A DNA stretch of 64,000 nt, from positions 21,886,001 through 21,950,000 of the forward strand of contig OX597838.1 of NCBI GenBank assembly GCA_951406725.2. Reading direction: 5' to 3'. Below the pieces are notes generated by a model that worked only from the letters and a program-made list of their open reading frames with translations, searched no databases and had not been told where the DNA came from. A program made the position numbers and the translations under genes. Below are positions 1 to 14,839 of the stretch, in pieces. Numbering within the stretch: the stretch's first letter is position 1; each line of letters opens with the position of its first letter. Origin of the DNA: Octopus vulgaris. Lineage: Eukaryota.

Positions 1-450
1 GGCAAGTTTTGTCTAGCGAATGTTTTAAAAAAAGATGGGTGAATGTAGCAAGAATGGCACGTATGAATGACGAAGCCACCTTGAGCATGAAAACAGAGAG
101 TTGCTTATTCGCAAATAAAAAAAAAAAAAAAAAAAAGAAATATAACATGTGACTCCATTGACCGAGATTACCGTGGTCTTTTACGTAGGCTTTTCTTTCC
201 ACGGGTAAACCTCACCTGTCCTCCCCTCTACACTTCATATTGACATTTCTGTGATAACGATCCCTATTGATCTTTTTTTTTTTCCTCTCCCCCTTTTTTT
301 TAACCCCCTTTTTTTGTCCTCTTTCTCTCCTTTTACGATCCCTTTTGATCGAAACTCCCCCTTCCTTTTTTTTTTTTTTTTTAAACCTTCAAAAGAAAAG
401 CTCTACTTTGTTCTATCTGTGTGCAGCCCTGTGTGGCTAATAAAGAAACA

Positions 451-1057
<607 letters not shown>

Positions 1058-1503
1058 ATGTTTTTACAAATGAAGAGAACTGGAATTAAAAATGGACAAG
1101 AACTAACAGGGTATGAGATAACGATTAATGGCGAACGTAACAGGAAGATAGGAAAATGAAGATATTACAACTGGGATGGGGAGAGAAAAAGATGGAGAAC
1201 AGGAGATGAGGAATTGGAAATAGAGAGGTGAACGATGGCAATGAAGATAGACAAAGAGGATGAAAGCGAAAGAGAGAGGGGGTGGAGGGAGAGTGGGAAG
1301 TGGGGGAAGGACGAAAGAAAGCCAGGGAATCTCTTGTTTAATGAGTATAGTTTTCGAATCACGTAGATATATATATATCGACAATGTAAGGAAATTGATT
1401 TCTTCATTGATTATATTAGAAAGTCACTCAAGAAAATAATTGTGTGACGTAGTAGAAGATAACAGATCAATCAACGAAGTACAACGATAACGATAGTTAA
1501 GTA

Positions 1504-1684
1504 AACAACAATAACAACAACAACAACAACAACAACAACAATAATAATAATAATAGTAGTAGTAGTAGTAGTAATAGTAGAAGTAGTAGTAATAATAACA
1601 GCAACAATAATTACGATGACAGTAGTAGTAGTATTAGTAGTAGTGGTGGTGGTGGTGGTGGTAGTAGTAGTAGTGGTAGTAGTG

Positions 1685-1749
<65 letters not shown>

Positions 1750-1774
1750 GGTGGTGGTGGTGGTGGTGGTAGTG

Positions 1775-1806
<32 letters not shown>

Positions 1807-1830
1807 TGTAGTTGTAGTAGTGGTAGTAGT
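1504..1830. repeat. (CAA)/(TAA)/(TAG)/(GTG) trinucleotide microsatellite
   Basis: Directly visible. Confidence 0.95.
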
Positions 1831-2058
1831 AACGATAATGTAAAATGGAAGCAGAAAATGAAAATGCCAAATAAAGAAAAAAAGTCAAATGTGTAAGCTA
1901 TAGAAATATCATGAAATAATTAGGAAAAGTAATGAGAACTGCCTTGGAATTAATAGCTAATGAGAATAGTTTTAAGACATACATGCAGAAGTGGATATGC
2001 ACATTTACATACCTTCATTATATATATATATATATGCACACACACAAAACGCTTCATT

Positions 2059-2159
<101 letters not shown>

Positions 2160-2286
2160 TGTATATATATTATATATATATGGCGGTGCCCCAGCATGGC
2201 CGCAACTCGTGAGCTGAAACTAGAATCAATCATATATATATATATATATATATATATACTTTATTTTAAGCACCTGAAAATTCAAC

Positions 2287-2334
2287 AAAATCTGTTACAC
2301 TAAGTTTCTCGTTGCCGTTCATCAGACAGTTTTT
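2287..2334 (-). ncRNA. Type I hammerhead ribozyme-like motif
   Basis: Minus strand reads aaaaaCTGT-CTGATGA-a-CG GCAA CG-a-GAAA-C ttagt GT-A-ACAGatttt. Stem I is CTGT/ACAG (extended by aaaa/tttt), stem II is GNRA-capped, and the triplet is GUA. Confidence 0.6.
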
Positions 2335-2338
2335 GCTA

Positions 2339-2388
<50 letters not shown>

Positions 2389-2391
<3 letters not shown>

Positions 2392-2670
2392 GGTCCCGGG
2401 TTGATTCGGGGTTAACCACAGTAAGTAAGGTACTCAATACATAGCAGAGTAAAATTAATTTATTATATAGAAGGAGCTTCTACAGGACTAGTACTGTTTC
2501 ATTCAAGAGAAATCTTCAGGAAGCTATTTAACAAGAATTGTATTAGCATTTATACATTTAGGCAGGTTTAAAGGAGTGGTGGTGGGGGACTTTTTGGGGG
2601 TAGGCATAGCGCAAAATATCATACTTGGGGGAGTGGTCAAGGAGTCAGTGGTAAGTTAGATGAAGGAATA
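2389..2670 (-). mobile_element. HHR-bearing element end (Penelope-like pseudo-LTR candidate) adjoining a (TA)n tract
   Basis: Unique segment bounded by (TA)n and an A-rich tract that carries the 2475-2525 hammerhead. The PLE assignment is inferred. Confidence 0.4.
2475..2525 (-). ncRNA. Type I hammerhead ribozyme
   Basis: Minus strand reads AGCTTC-CTGAAGA-tTTC tctt GAAt-GAA-ACAG tactagtc CTGT-A-GAAGCT. It has a 6-bp stem I, an intact core, a 4-bp stem III and a GUA triplet. Confidence 0.75.
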
Positions 2671-2794
2671 GATAAATAAAAAAAAAAAAAAAAAATAATA
2701 ATAATAAAAATAAAAAAATAAAAAAATATAAAAAATAAAAAGTAAAAAATAAAAAAAATAAAATAAAATAAAAATAAAAAAATAAAAAATATAA

Positions 2795-2839
<45 letters not shown>

Positions 2840-3118
2840 CATATATGTATATATATTGTATGTATAGTGTAAATTTTCGTGAAGGTAAGATAAATAAATA
2901 TATGTATATATTTTCATAAATACCATCGCTCTACGCGCATACTCACTCACATTCAACTCACTTGCTCTCTCTCTCTCTCACTCTCTTTTACCACCAACGC
3001 ACACATGCACCACACACACATATGAGATAATTTATTTTAAAAAATCATTTAGTTAGGTAATCAATTAATAATACTAATAATAATTAATAATATAATAATA
3101 ATAACAATAACAATAATA

Positions 3119-3169
<51 letters not shown>

Positions 3170-3290
3170 TATAATAACAATAATAATATCAATAATAAAA
3201 AGAATGACAAAAGGTGATTCTTCGATATAAACAATATTGCACACGCAGATATGTTTGTCATATATGTATTATAATACATACAATATGATA

Positions 3291-3344
<54 letters not shown>

Positions 3345-3418
3345 TATATATATATTTATATATATATATATATATATATAACACTTTTATTTTATATAAA
3401 TATACGTATACGCGCGCG

Positions 3419-3452
<34 letters not shown>

Positions 3453-3460
3453 CATATCTA

Positions 3461-3503
<43 letters not shown>

Positions 3504-3887
3504 AGATATATAATTAGAGAGGATTTTGATGAGAACACATGAAGTCATAATTATCAGCAATATATTAACAGAGCGTCGCCTGTCGTCTTAAGAAATTTCA
3601 ATTGACTGACAACACATTGACACCGAAACAAAGAATAAGACGGACAAAGAAAATGAATGTCAGCTTTGTCCGATGCTACTTTGAAAGACGGCATCATAAA
3701 TGTCCCAGCAGGCAATTAATGCATCGATCCTGGAAGCAACTCTACCGAGGCTTAATTCGAATCGAGTGCTGATGAGACAAAGAGTCAAATGTATAGATAA
3801 TACTACAACGCAGTAATTGAGGAAATGGGTTGACAAGGTTAAAAAGTTAGGTTTTACCGTGGGAATGTTAGAATATATTAGTAATAG

Positions 3888-3973
3888 CGCTAGCGTGGCT
3901 GTGTGGTAAGAAGTTTGCTTTCCAATCAGAGGATCTCCGGTTCCGATCCACTGCGTGCTACTTTGGGCAAGTG
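3888..3973 (+). mobile_element. tRNA-derived SINE family A, 5' fragment (3' part resumes at ~5124-5212)
   Basis: Matches the head of family A (gtggctgtgtggtaagaag...ccactgcgtg..ttgggcaagtgt). The tail motif ttgacaaccggtgctggtgtg appears at 5124. Confidence 0.75.
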
Positions 3974-3974
3974 T

Positions 3975-5027
3975 AGTTAAATCAGTATTTAAATAGTGTA
4001 CGTATACTATTTAACTACTGGTTGTTAATTTGATTCTATAATTATTTAGTTGTTGATGATATGTATTTAATTATTAGATTATAACTGTACGTATTTGTAA
4101 GATATTACTTAATCAATGAGGTATATAGATCGTAAAATAATTATACGGTTCATTTAAGATAGGTTATACGTTTTTAATTTGATTTTTAATCTTTAATTTT
4201 TAAATGTATTTCATAAATATATTATATTGATATTTATAATATTTATGTAAGTAATAATGAACTAATTAATTAATTTATTTTTCATTATATGTCTATATAT
4301 TTATTGATAGAGTAAATTTTAGATTTTAATTACTATAATTGTTGATTATAATTTAGATACTTATTTTTAAATATTTTATTATTATTAGATGTGATCTTAA
4401 ATCTAAAAATATGGATATTGATTATTTTGTTAAATAATTTGGTAATTAAATATTGGACTATAACCGAGTTAATGATATTCGAGTGTTTATTATGTTTTTT
4501 AAAAGCCATTTTATATCTTCATAGATAAAAACATATTTCTATCTATTTTTTTACCTTAAAATAAATATTTAACATAATAAATGGGTTGTAGGAAATAATC
4601 CTAATGTTTTAAGTTTCTAATTTAGATAATGGAGTTTTTTCTATAAGATTATAAAATTATTATTTTATTTATTTCTTAAATAAATATTGTTAACTCTATT
4701 TACTTATTTATTTAACTATCATCATTAACCTGAAGATTGACTATAATTTTAGTTCGAATTTATTTCAATTGAATTTAAACTTAATTGTAATTCGAATTTA
4801 ATCATAGCCATGAAACGTACGTAGTGTTTTTACTTATTATATTATAGTTATCATTCATTTTATACTTTTTAAAATATATATATATATAAATATAAATGTA
4901 TAAAAAATACATATAAAAGATATATATATATATATTATATATTATATTAATTATATATATTATTTGTTATTTATGTATTGGTTTATGTCTATCACTGTTT
5001 GAGTTACATGATAGTGGTTTTATCTCT

Positions 5028-5030
<3 letters not shown>
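3975..5030 (+). mobile_element. Highly decayed AT-rich Penelope-like element candidate with 3' hammerhead
   Basis: Interrupts SINE A, shows faint GIY-YIG-like traces (YNCT, FKDRLY) and contains an HHR at 4725-4830. Confidence 0.35.
4725..4830 (+). ncRNA. Hammerhead motif with long extended stem II
   Basis: CTGAAGA (4730), then tTGACTAT...ATAGCCAt with inner TTCGAATT/AATTCGAA pairing, then GAAAC GTAC GT A. Stem III is the palindrome ACGTACGT; stem I is weak. Confidence 0.55.
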
Positions 5031-5065
<35 letters not shown>

Positions 5066-5071
5066 CATACA

Positions 5072-5103
<32 letters not shown>

Positions 5104-5844
5104 CATCTGTATATGAAAATCAATTGACAACCGGTGCTGGTGTGTCTACATCTCACTAACTTAACCGTTCGGCAGAAGAGAAGTTAGCATAAGTGCCAGA
5201 CTTAAAAAGAATATTATATAGCAAAATACTACAGGAAAATACCAACAAACTTTATAAAATTCCACTCAAAACCAGAAAATTAACGTTAGAAACTCATATA
5301 TCAACACAATACACAAATTAACACATTAGCATCCACTTCAAAACGTTACAACGTTGCGAATGATACAAAAAATAATAATAAAAAAAAAACCTTAACGGTT
5401 AAAATTTAGCCGCAACAATCAAATCAGCACATGACAGCGTACGCATGAAATGAAAGATTAAAAACCATTTGGCGGGAGCACTACTGCAGTCATTGGAATG
5501 ATTAATAATGATAATAATTAAAGTGATAAAACTGTGAAACAAAATTTTGATGGGTAATTTTTTTCATCGAAAAATGCAGAACGCGTCTAAATATGCACGC
5601 ATAACAAACTTTGATCTCTAAACACATTTTGATTTACGATTACATACCCAGCACTGTACATATTTCTCCCCACCATTCTAGTTTTTCAATTTTTGTGCAT
5701 ATATATACGTATATCCCCACCACCTGCCGAAAACTGAACAATTATCTCCCCTATTCACAATAATAACGATAACTAATTACATCCCCTTAGATGTTTCTAA
5801 TTATTGAACCGTTCATTCATAAACTCCACACACAACATGGACAA

Positions 5845-6047
5845 AAAATTCTTCTTAAGAACATACATATTTAAATAAAATTTAATATCATGAATAGCGA
5901 AAGCGAAACCGTTCGACAAACACAATACAAGATATATTAAAAATTATATTAAAACTATGTAAAGTGTGTGCATTTTCCTTCTTTAATTTCTTATACATAT
6001 TACAACTCACCACGTGGAGATAATCGAAATTCCTCCCTTTTTATTGC
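5845..6047 (+). mobile_element. Dispersed element end carrying a variant minimal hammerhead (copy 1)
   Basis: Homologous to the reverse complement of 47165-47360 (attaaaactatgtaaagtgtgtg, atcgaaattcctcc). HHR at 5885-5918; ends in (TA)n. Confidence 0.7.
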
Positions 6048-6087
6048 TATATATATATATATATATACATACATATATATGTGTGTG

Positions 6088-6666
<579 letters not shown>

Positions 6667-6672
6667 GTGTGT

Positions 6673-6976
6673 GGAGGCGCAATGGCCTAGTGGTTAGGGC
6701 AGCGGACTCGCGGTCGCAGGATCGCGGTTTCGATTACCAGACCGGGCGTTGTGAGTGTTTATTGAGCGAAAACACCTAAAGGCTCCACGAGGCTCCGGCA
6801 GGGGGTGGTGATCCCTGCTGTACTCTTTCACCATTCTTTCTCCCACTCTTTCTTCTGTTGGCCTGCTCACCTAGCCAGCGGGGTGGCGTCATTCGGAGGC
6901 TAAAACAATACGAACGCATTGTGACCAGCGATGTCTAACAACATCTGATGATCTTGTCGGTCACGTGATCACGTGA
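6673..6976 (+). mobile_element. tRNA-derived SINE family C (tRNA-Arg-like head)
   Basis: A box TGGCCTAGTGG and B-box-like GGTTTCGATT. Further copies at 19825, 24130(-), 32890 and 61019(-). Confidence 0.85.
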
Positions 6977-7000
6977 TATATATATTTACACACACGCCCG

Positions 7001-7053
<53 letters not shown>

Positions 7054-7849
7054 ATATATATAAGTATATATATGTATATGTTTATAGATGTATAGCTATC
7101 TATCTATATGAGTGTGTGCGTGTGAGACAAAAGTGCATACATAAGTGTCTATATTCCACTATAATTTCTGTTCACAATTATTTTCGCTGCTATTCTATCC
7201 TAGATTCCTTCCCCAGTTATCTAATCTATAACATCCACTCGATTGTCTGTCTAAAACGATGGAATCTTAAAGCCTTATTGTCTCCATTCGAACATTGCAT
7301 TCATTCACCCAAATACTTATATTGCCAAACATAAACTACAGCAGCAATTCTCCTAAATGCGTCTCTCACAATCATAAACCAAATCAAATAAATACAATTA
7401 GAAGAACTAAAACATTATTTTGGCAAACTTACCCCGAATTCATTAATCTATTTTATCATTTCAATGAGCGGGCTTTCAAGATTCGCTCCTAATTTCTTAT
7501 AACGCTATTTCTTGGTCCATTTTCTCTTCTATAACATTTTCGCGTGTGTATATATATTCACACGCATGCATACGTGTCTGTGCATGTTGTGTGTAATTAC
7601 ATATATACAGGTAATATATATTATGTGTGTGCATGCGTGTCTGTGGTGTTATTTTCTCCGTAAAGTGTTTTATTCATAGCGTGTATTGCTTTTCCTCGTC
7701 CAATACAGAAGGCTTAATCTTTTTTTCGTAGCCCGATTATCTAACATTTTATCGCTCAGCTATTTTTACTCATAATACCGTCTGTGTACATACATAATAC
7801 ATACATGCATAGACATATATACATATATACATATGCATATATACATCTA

Positions 7850-7974
<125 letters not shown>

Positions 7975-8065
7975 ATGTATATATATATACATTTATATTT
8001 ATATATATATGCACATATATATGTATTTATATATATGCATATATATATAAATATGAACATAGATG

Positions 8066-8114
<49 letters not shown>

Positions 8115-8191
8115 TCGTACACTCCATCTTCTGTCTTTATTTGTTATATATATATATATAACATATATATATATATAACATATATATATGT

Positions 8192-8226
<35 letters not shown>

Positions 8227-8497
8227 ATATATATATATATATACATATATATACACACACATATATATTTATACATATGCATATATATATACATATATAT
8301 AATATAAACATAGATACACACGCATACATATATATATACCTCTTATTAACATATATGTGTGCGTATATGTATATATTATATATATATATGTATATATATA
8401 TGTGTGTGTGTGTGTGAGAGAGAGACAGTGTGTGTATGTGTGTATGCGTGTGTATAGATTCAAAGGATCAAACAAAGCCAATTCTATACACGCGTGC

Positions 8498-8539
<42 letters not shown>

Positions 8540-8675
8540 ATATGTATAGACTTATTAACATTTTATATACATCACTGAGTGTGTGTGATTGCGTGCGTAC
8601 GTGTGTGTCAAAAAGAAAAGTGCACTTTATACCACCACCACCCCTGTCAGTCTTCTTTCCAAAACGAGGGAATGA

Positions 8676-8677
8676 AT

Positions 8678-8716
<39 letters not shown>

Positions 8717-8789
8717 GTCATCATCATCATCATAATCATCATCATCATCATCATCATCACCATCATCATCACCATCATCTTCATCATCG

Positions 8790-8839
<50 letters not shown>

Positions 8840-8875
8840 GTCATGGTCGTCATCATCAACAGCAACAGCAGGAGG
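8676..8875. repeat. (CAT)n microsatellite
   Basis: Directly visible. Confidence 0.95.
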
Positions 8876-9129
8876 AACGGTAACAACATTAACAACAATA
8901 GGATCTTCCCCCCCCCATATCTTCTACAGAAAAAGAGGAAACGTAAAAAAAAGAAACAAAAAACCCAACCCAGAGTAAATAAACAGCTGATATGTCTGCT
9001 GTTTCGTTGAATTTCAAAGGTCGAACACAACAAGAAACCAAAACAGTGCCAAAATCAATAATCCACTGAACAATTTGGAAGAAAGTAATACTTCTGTTGC
9101 AAAGTAGTTGGTTCCAACCAATCTCATCC

Positions 9130-9171
<42 letters not shown>

Positions 9172-9204
9172 ATGTCTGTATGTCTGTCTGTTTGCCTCTC
9201 TGTT

Positions 9205-9273
<69 letters not shown>

Positions 9274-9298
9274 CCATCTATCTATCATCCATCCATCC

Positions 9299-9377
<79 letters not shown>

Positions 9378-9389
9378 TAGATACATAGA

Positions 9390-9429
<40 letters not shown>

Positions 9430-9462
9430 TAGATAGATAGATATATATATATATATATATAT

Positions 9463-9519
<57 letters not shown>

Positions 9520-9639
9520 GAAATGGATAGATACAGATATAGATTTAGACATAAATATATCCATACTCACATACATATATATCTGTGTGTGTGTATGTAT
9601 GTATGTATGTATGTATGTATGTATGTATGTACAAATATA

Positions 9640-10640
9640 TAGGTCAAAAATGGCATATAGTATATTAGGTTCGTACAGTAAATGCTCACACCAGACCCAG
9701 TGATTACCTAATATTCTCGGCAACAACCGAGATTGTTGCCTTCATTTACTCTTAAGTCCCTGACATTACTGGATGTTCCTGAAGGAAAACAATATGGTTG
9801 TTTGAGCACATACTCTTTTCCAAAGTTCATGAGCCCAAATTTTCTTCATTTAAACGTATGCTGCTTTTTGTCCGCCCAATTTGGGTTACATCATGTAAAT
9901 CAGACTGGAGTTGAGGTCGTTCTTCTTCTCTACTGATAATTTTGCGGAGCTTGGAATCATCTGCGAATATTTTTTTATTTCGCTGTGTTTGATGAAGTTT
10001 GAGATGTTTATATAGACTACACATGGGCCCAAAACAGACGCCTGTGACTAACCATCACAACTTGTACCAAGAAACCACCATCTTGGATACCCCCGCTACC
10101 TAGATTTCACACTTCGTATCCTGAATCGTTGCTGATAAGAACTGGGTAAGTGTATCTACCAGTCTCCAAAGACTCAAATAATGATGCAAGTTCATGTTTT
10201 CCTGTACACCTTCTCCCAACAAATTGTACTCTACCGTACTTCACTGTTTGTGATAAGAATGGTAAGGTCCCATAAATTTGTTTTAGTGATGAGCGTGTCA
10301 TCCACGAAAGATTTTGCACTCTACGTGAAAAGTGTGGCAAGCTGCTAATCAGTTTCGAAGCCATATAGAAATTGTCCATGTCTTTAAGCCATACAACAGA
10401 ACCGGCTCAACGAGAACATACAAGGTATTATTGATTTTAAACTATCGTTATAAATTAGATGTCCAAATGTTTGCCAATTTATTGCAAGCTGACAATGCTA
10501 TTACCTTCGAGATGAGAAAATTCTTTTCTGCGCTCATTAAATATGAATTTCATCATTCAACAACTCTGAAAGTCAGAGTGATCAAAATGGCAGACAACAC
10601 CGAAAGACTTACAAATGCAAATACTGAGAAAGCTGGTGAG
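9640..10640 (-). pseudogene. Decayed LINE (CR1/L2-like) reverse transcriptase fragment
   Basis: Minus-strand peptide KIFADDSKL...EERPQLQSDL, preceded by an SVLGP-like and an HGF-like motif. Frameshifted. Confidence 0.75.
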
Positions 10641-10769
10641 ATTATACCACTCTGTTCCGGCAGCTCGACAGTAATATAAATATAGAAACAGAGACAGTAG
10701 ATAAGCAGAGTTGATATAACGTTGAATAGACAGGCTCGCAATATTTGTTTTTGTTTGTCTCTATAAGAC

Positions 10770-11208
10770 GGCGAGCTGGCAGAAACTTTATCACGCCGGG
10801 CGAAATGCTTAGCGGTATTTCGTCTGCCGTTACGTTCTGAGTTCAAATTCCGCCGAGGTCGACTTTGCCTTTCATCCTTTCGGGGTTGATTAAATTAAGC
10901 ACCAGTTACGCACTGGAGTCGATATAATCGACTTAATCCGTTTGTCTGTCCTTGTTTGTCCTCTCTATATTTAGCCCCTTGTGGGTAGTAAAGAAATAGG
11001 TATTTCGTCTGCTGTTACGTTCTGAGTTCAAATTTCGCCGAGGTCGACTTTGCTTTTCATCCTTTCGGGGTCGATTAAATTAAGTACCAGTTACGCACTG
11101 AGGTTGATATAATCGACTTAATCCGTTTGTCTGTCCTTGTTTGTCCTCTCTGTGTTTGTGGGTAGTAAAGAAATAGGTATTTCGTCTGCTGTTACGTTCT
11201 GAGTTCAA
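10770..11208 (+). mobile_element. tRNA-derived SINE family B (Meta-domain-like) as a head-to-tail concatemer
   Basis: Head ggcgagctggcagaa, B box gagttcaaattc, central gcctttcatcctttcggggtcgat..aagtaccag. The internal unit restarts at 10815, 11000 and 11177. Confidence 0.85.
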
Positions 11209-11444
11209 ACAACAAAAATAATAATAATAACAGTGACAACACTAACAACAACAACAATAACATAAAGACTACCAGATAAAAACTAAATAGTTAATGAGTT
11301 GTATTTTACACTTCAATGAAAACCGTTCAGGCATATTTCTAACGAAAGGTGTGGAAGCCATATCTGGTTTTTGATCAGGAACTTTTACATCTGGGAATGC
11401 ATCACGTAATGTGTCATCACACGTTGAATACAGGATCTTTAATC

Positions 11445-12105
<661 letters not shown>

Positions 12106-12114
12106 ATATGTGTA

Positions 12115-12166
<52 letters not shown>

Positions 12167-12171
12167 TGTGT

Positions 12172-12720
12172 ATACGACGGGATTCTTTCAGTCTCCGTCT
12201 ACCAAATCCACTCACAAGTCTTTGGTTAGCCTGAGGCTATAGTAGAAGACACTTGCCCAAGGTGCCACGCAGTGGGACTGAACCCGGAGCTATGTGGTTG
12301 GTAAATAAGCTTCTTACCACACAGCCACTCCTGCACCTATATTTTTAATGGTTTATCTTTTACTTGTTTCAGTCATTGGACTACGACCATGCTGGAGCAC
12401 CGCTTTTTATGGTTTAGTCAAATAATTGGACCGCCGAACTTCTTTTTGTTATTTAGGATAAAGCGCTATATTTATTCATTCGGTCTCATTTGCCGAACCA
12501 CTAAGTTAGGAAGGCGTAAAGGAACCAACACTTGTTATCAAGAGGTGGGGACGGGTGGAAACTCACACACACACCATGGGCTTCCTCGCAATTTCCGTTT
12601 ACCAAACTGACAGATCAGGAATTATTCGGCCCAAAGCTACTGTAAAAGGTACTTGCAGTTGAACTGAACTGAAAACTATTTGGCTGCAAAGCAAGATTCT
12701 TTAACCACACGGCCGTGCTT
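12172..12720 (-). mobile_element. Two further SINE family A copies (5' half plus a degenerate copy)
   Basis: Shared motifs tttcagtctccgtctaccaaatccactcacaag and gtttcagtcattggac. Confidence 0.75.
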
Positions 12721-13099
12721 ACATCTATTTATTAAGGTATTATTCGCTGGAGTTTTTGCTCCTATTTCTAGCAAAGCTAGTAACCACACAAAGTAACATT
12801 TGTTAGCCTAATGTATAGAGACAAGATAATTTAAGTGTTTAAAGTTGCAACATTAATTACAAAAGGAGCTAATTAGCTTGATGATAAATTTTGGACACGA
12901 ACGGTGGAGGAGACAATTCCAAATTCTGATTACGAAATTATAATTTACAAATAGGCTGCAGGCAAAGAACTGAAGAGAGTTTTTTCCCATTAAATCAACG
13001 CTTGTGGAGGTGTTTCGGTCTCGTTACACCTTCTCAGCGAAGTAGATTCTTTATCAGTACTGACAGATACTAAAGACTCTAAGTAATTTACGCTAGATG

Positions 13100-13151
<52 letters not shown>

Positions 13152-13154
<3 letters not shown>

Positions 13155-13275
13155 GACGGTCTTCTTTCTGTTTCCGCCTACCAAATCCACTCACGAGTCT
13201 TTGGTCGGCCCGTGGCTATAGTGGAAGACACTTGCCAAGGTGCCACGCAGTGGGACTGAATCCGGAACCATGTTG
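13152..13275 (-). mobile_element. SINE family A fragment
   Basis: ccaaatccactcac...gtgccacgcagtgggactgaa. Confidence 0.8.
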
Positions 13276-13844
13276 TTCATATAGGGGTATGTGGAGCTAT
13301 GTAAAATGATAATAAAGTGTGGTGTAGGGTGGTCGAGAGTACAGATGCGTAGGAAAAGGTATGGAGTGGAACAGGAGGAAAATGTTTGCTTTTAAGTTGT
13401 GGGTTGATAAAAAGTTATCGTTTGGTTTGATGAGAGATTTTCTTTGGTTTACTAAAGGAATTTCCTTATTGTTTAGGCTTCAACCAAGAGTGGACATACC
13501 CTGTAAATAGATGTGTCTACTTTAGGTCACGATATTCTTTATATAGAAAGTTGTGTTTTTGTGTTTTAGGATTTATAAATGTATGATTTAATCTATTGCT
13601 TCATTTATGTTATGCTAGATTGCGTTATTATTACCTCAGACATTTATTGACGTTTAGAAGTTCATACGTCTAGAGTACATACGTCTAGATTACCGTTGCC
13701 TTTTCCAGGGCTGTGCATGTGTCACACAGTGAAAAGAGGTTGGATTAGTGAAAGTGAAGTTAGAGAGCCAGAAGGATAGGCGAAGTATATTTTGAATTGA
13801 TCGAGAGAGTTGAACTAAACAGCTAACATGAGTGTAGGTAGGTG

Positions 13845-14220
13845 TGGAGAGTGATCGGTGAGATGGTACTGGATCACTGAAGCGTGTTGGATCAGTGCAA
13901 GAACGCTGGATCAGTAGAGCGGGAGGGAATCAGTGGAGTAGGAAGGGATCAGTGAAGTTGGAGAGGACCAGAGGTGTGGTGTTGGATTAGGGAAGTGGTA
14001 CTGGGGAGAAGAGTTGGAATGGATTAGAGAAAAATTGTACTGGATCAGTCAAACGGACAGAAGTCAGTGGGTAGAGTTCTATCAGTGAAGTGATATGTAT
14101 CAGTGGAGAACGTTTGAATCAGCGGAGTGTGTGTGTATCAATGGAGACTATATGAATCAGCGGAGTGTGCATGGATTAATGAAGCGTGTGTGAATAAACT
14201 GGGTTATGTGAGGATCAATA
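13845..14220 (+). repeat. Degenerate ~19-20-bp minisatellite with TGGATCAGTG core
   Basis: More than a dozen ggatcagt/gaatcag cores at ~20-bp spacing. A related block lies at 17025-17120. Confidence 0.7.
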
Positions 14221-14713
14221 GAGGTTAGATTGAGCGTGAAATAAAGTCAGATCAAGGAAGTGCAAGTGTTAAATGTAGTTACTGATTTATGGAAGTCTTT
14301 CCATAGAATTTATCAGAGCTATGAAGGAATCAAAGAAAGACACATACACACAAACACACATACATACACACACACACCTGAGAGAAGGAGAGAGAAATAA
14401 AGAAACGCAGATACCTAGAGAAAAGAAGGAGTCAAGGAAAGGGAGGGAACAAGAGATCAACGGAAGATCCAGTGATATAGCGATTGCCGATTATCGATCT
14501 TTTGATGATAGACCAGACTTGTGTTCCATCAGCAGAGATTTGGGGGAGTTCAAACGAAAGGTCAGCAACCAGCAAGAGAACAGCTCGGCAAGATGTTCGT
14601 TTCTTTAATCCGATCATTGAAAATTCCATTGATTTCTTCGACGACGGGCAGCAGATCCTCATATCAGGTAAGTGGGCGGCATATTAGATTACACTAAGCG
14701 AACATTAACAACA

Positions 14714-14835
14714 CAGGTGCAGGCAGTTTCACAATCATATGATTCTGGGTTCAGTCCCTCTACTATAGCCTCGGTCCAACCCAAGCCTTGCGAGTGGATT
14801 TGGCAGACGGAATTCGAAAGAAGCCCATCGTGTAT
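14714..14835 (+). mobile_element. SINE family A 5' part
   Basis: gggttcagtccc..tactatagcctcgg..gagtggatttgg..gaaagaagccc. Confidence 0.75.
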
Positions 14836-14839
14836 ATAT

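Noticed and set aside
3769-3795. CTGATGA-GAC aaaga GTC-AAAT hammerhead-like motif
   Set aside because: G12 of GAAA is missing and there are no convincing stems I or III.
6673-6750. Functional tRNA-Arg gene
   Set aside because: It continues into a dispersed SINE body and the cloverleaf is imperfect; it is a SINE head.
12995-13045. Minus-strand CTGAGA..GGT/ACC..GAAAC motif
   Set aside because: The core is one base short and stems I and III do not form.
13845-14220. CRISPR-like repeat/spacer pattern
   Set aside because: The units are ~20 bp and degenerate, with no constant repeat plus unique spacers, no cas genes and a eukaryotic context.
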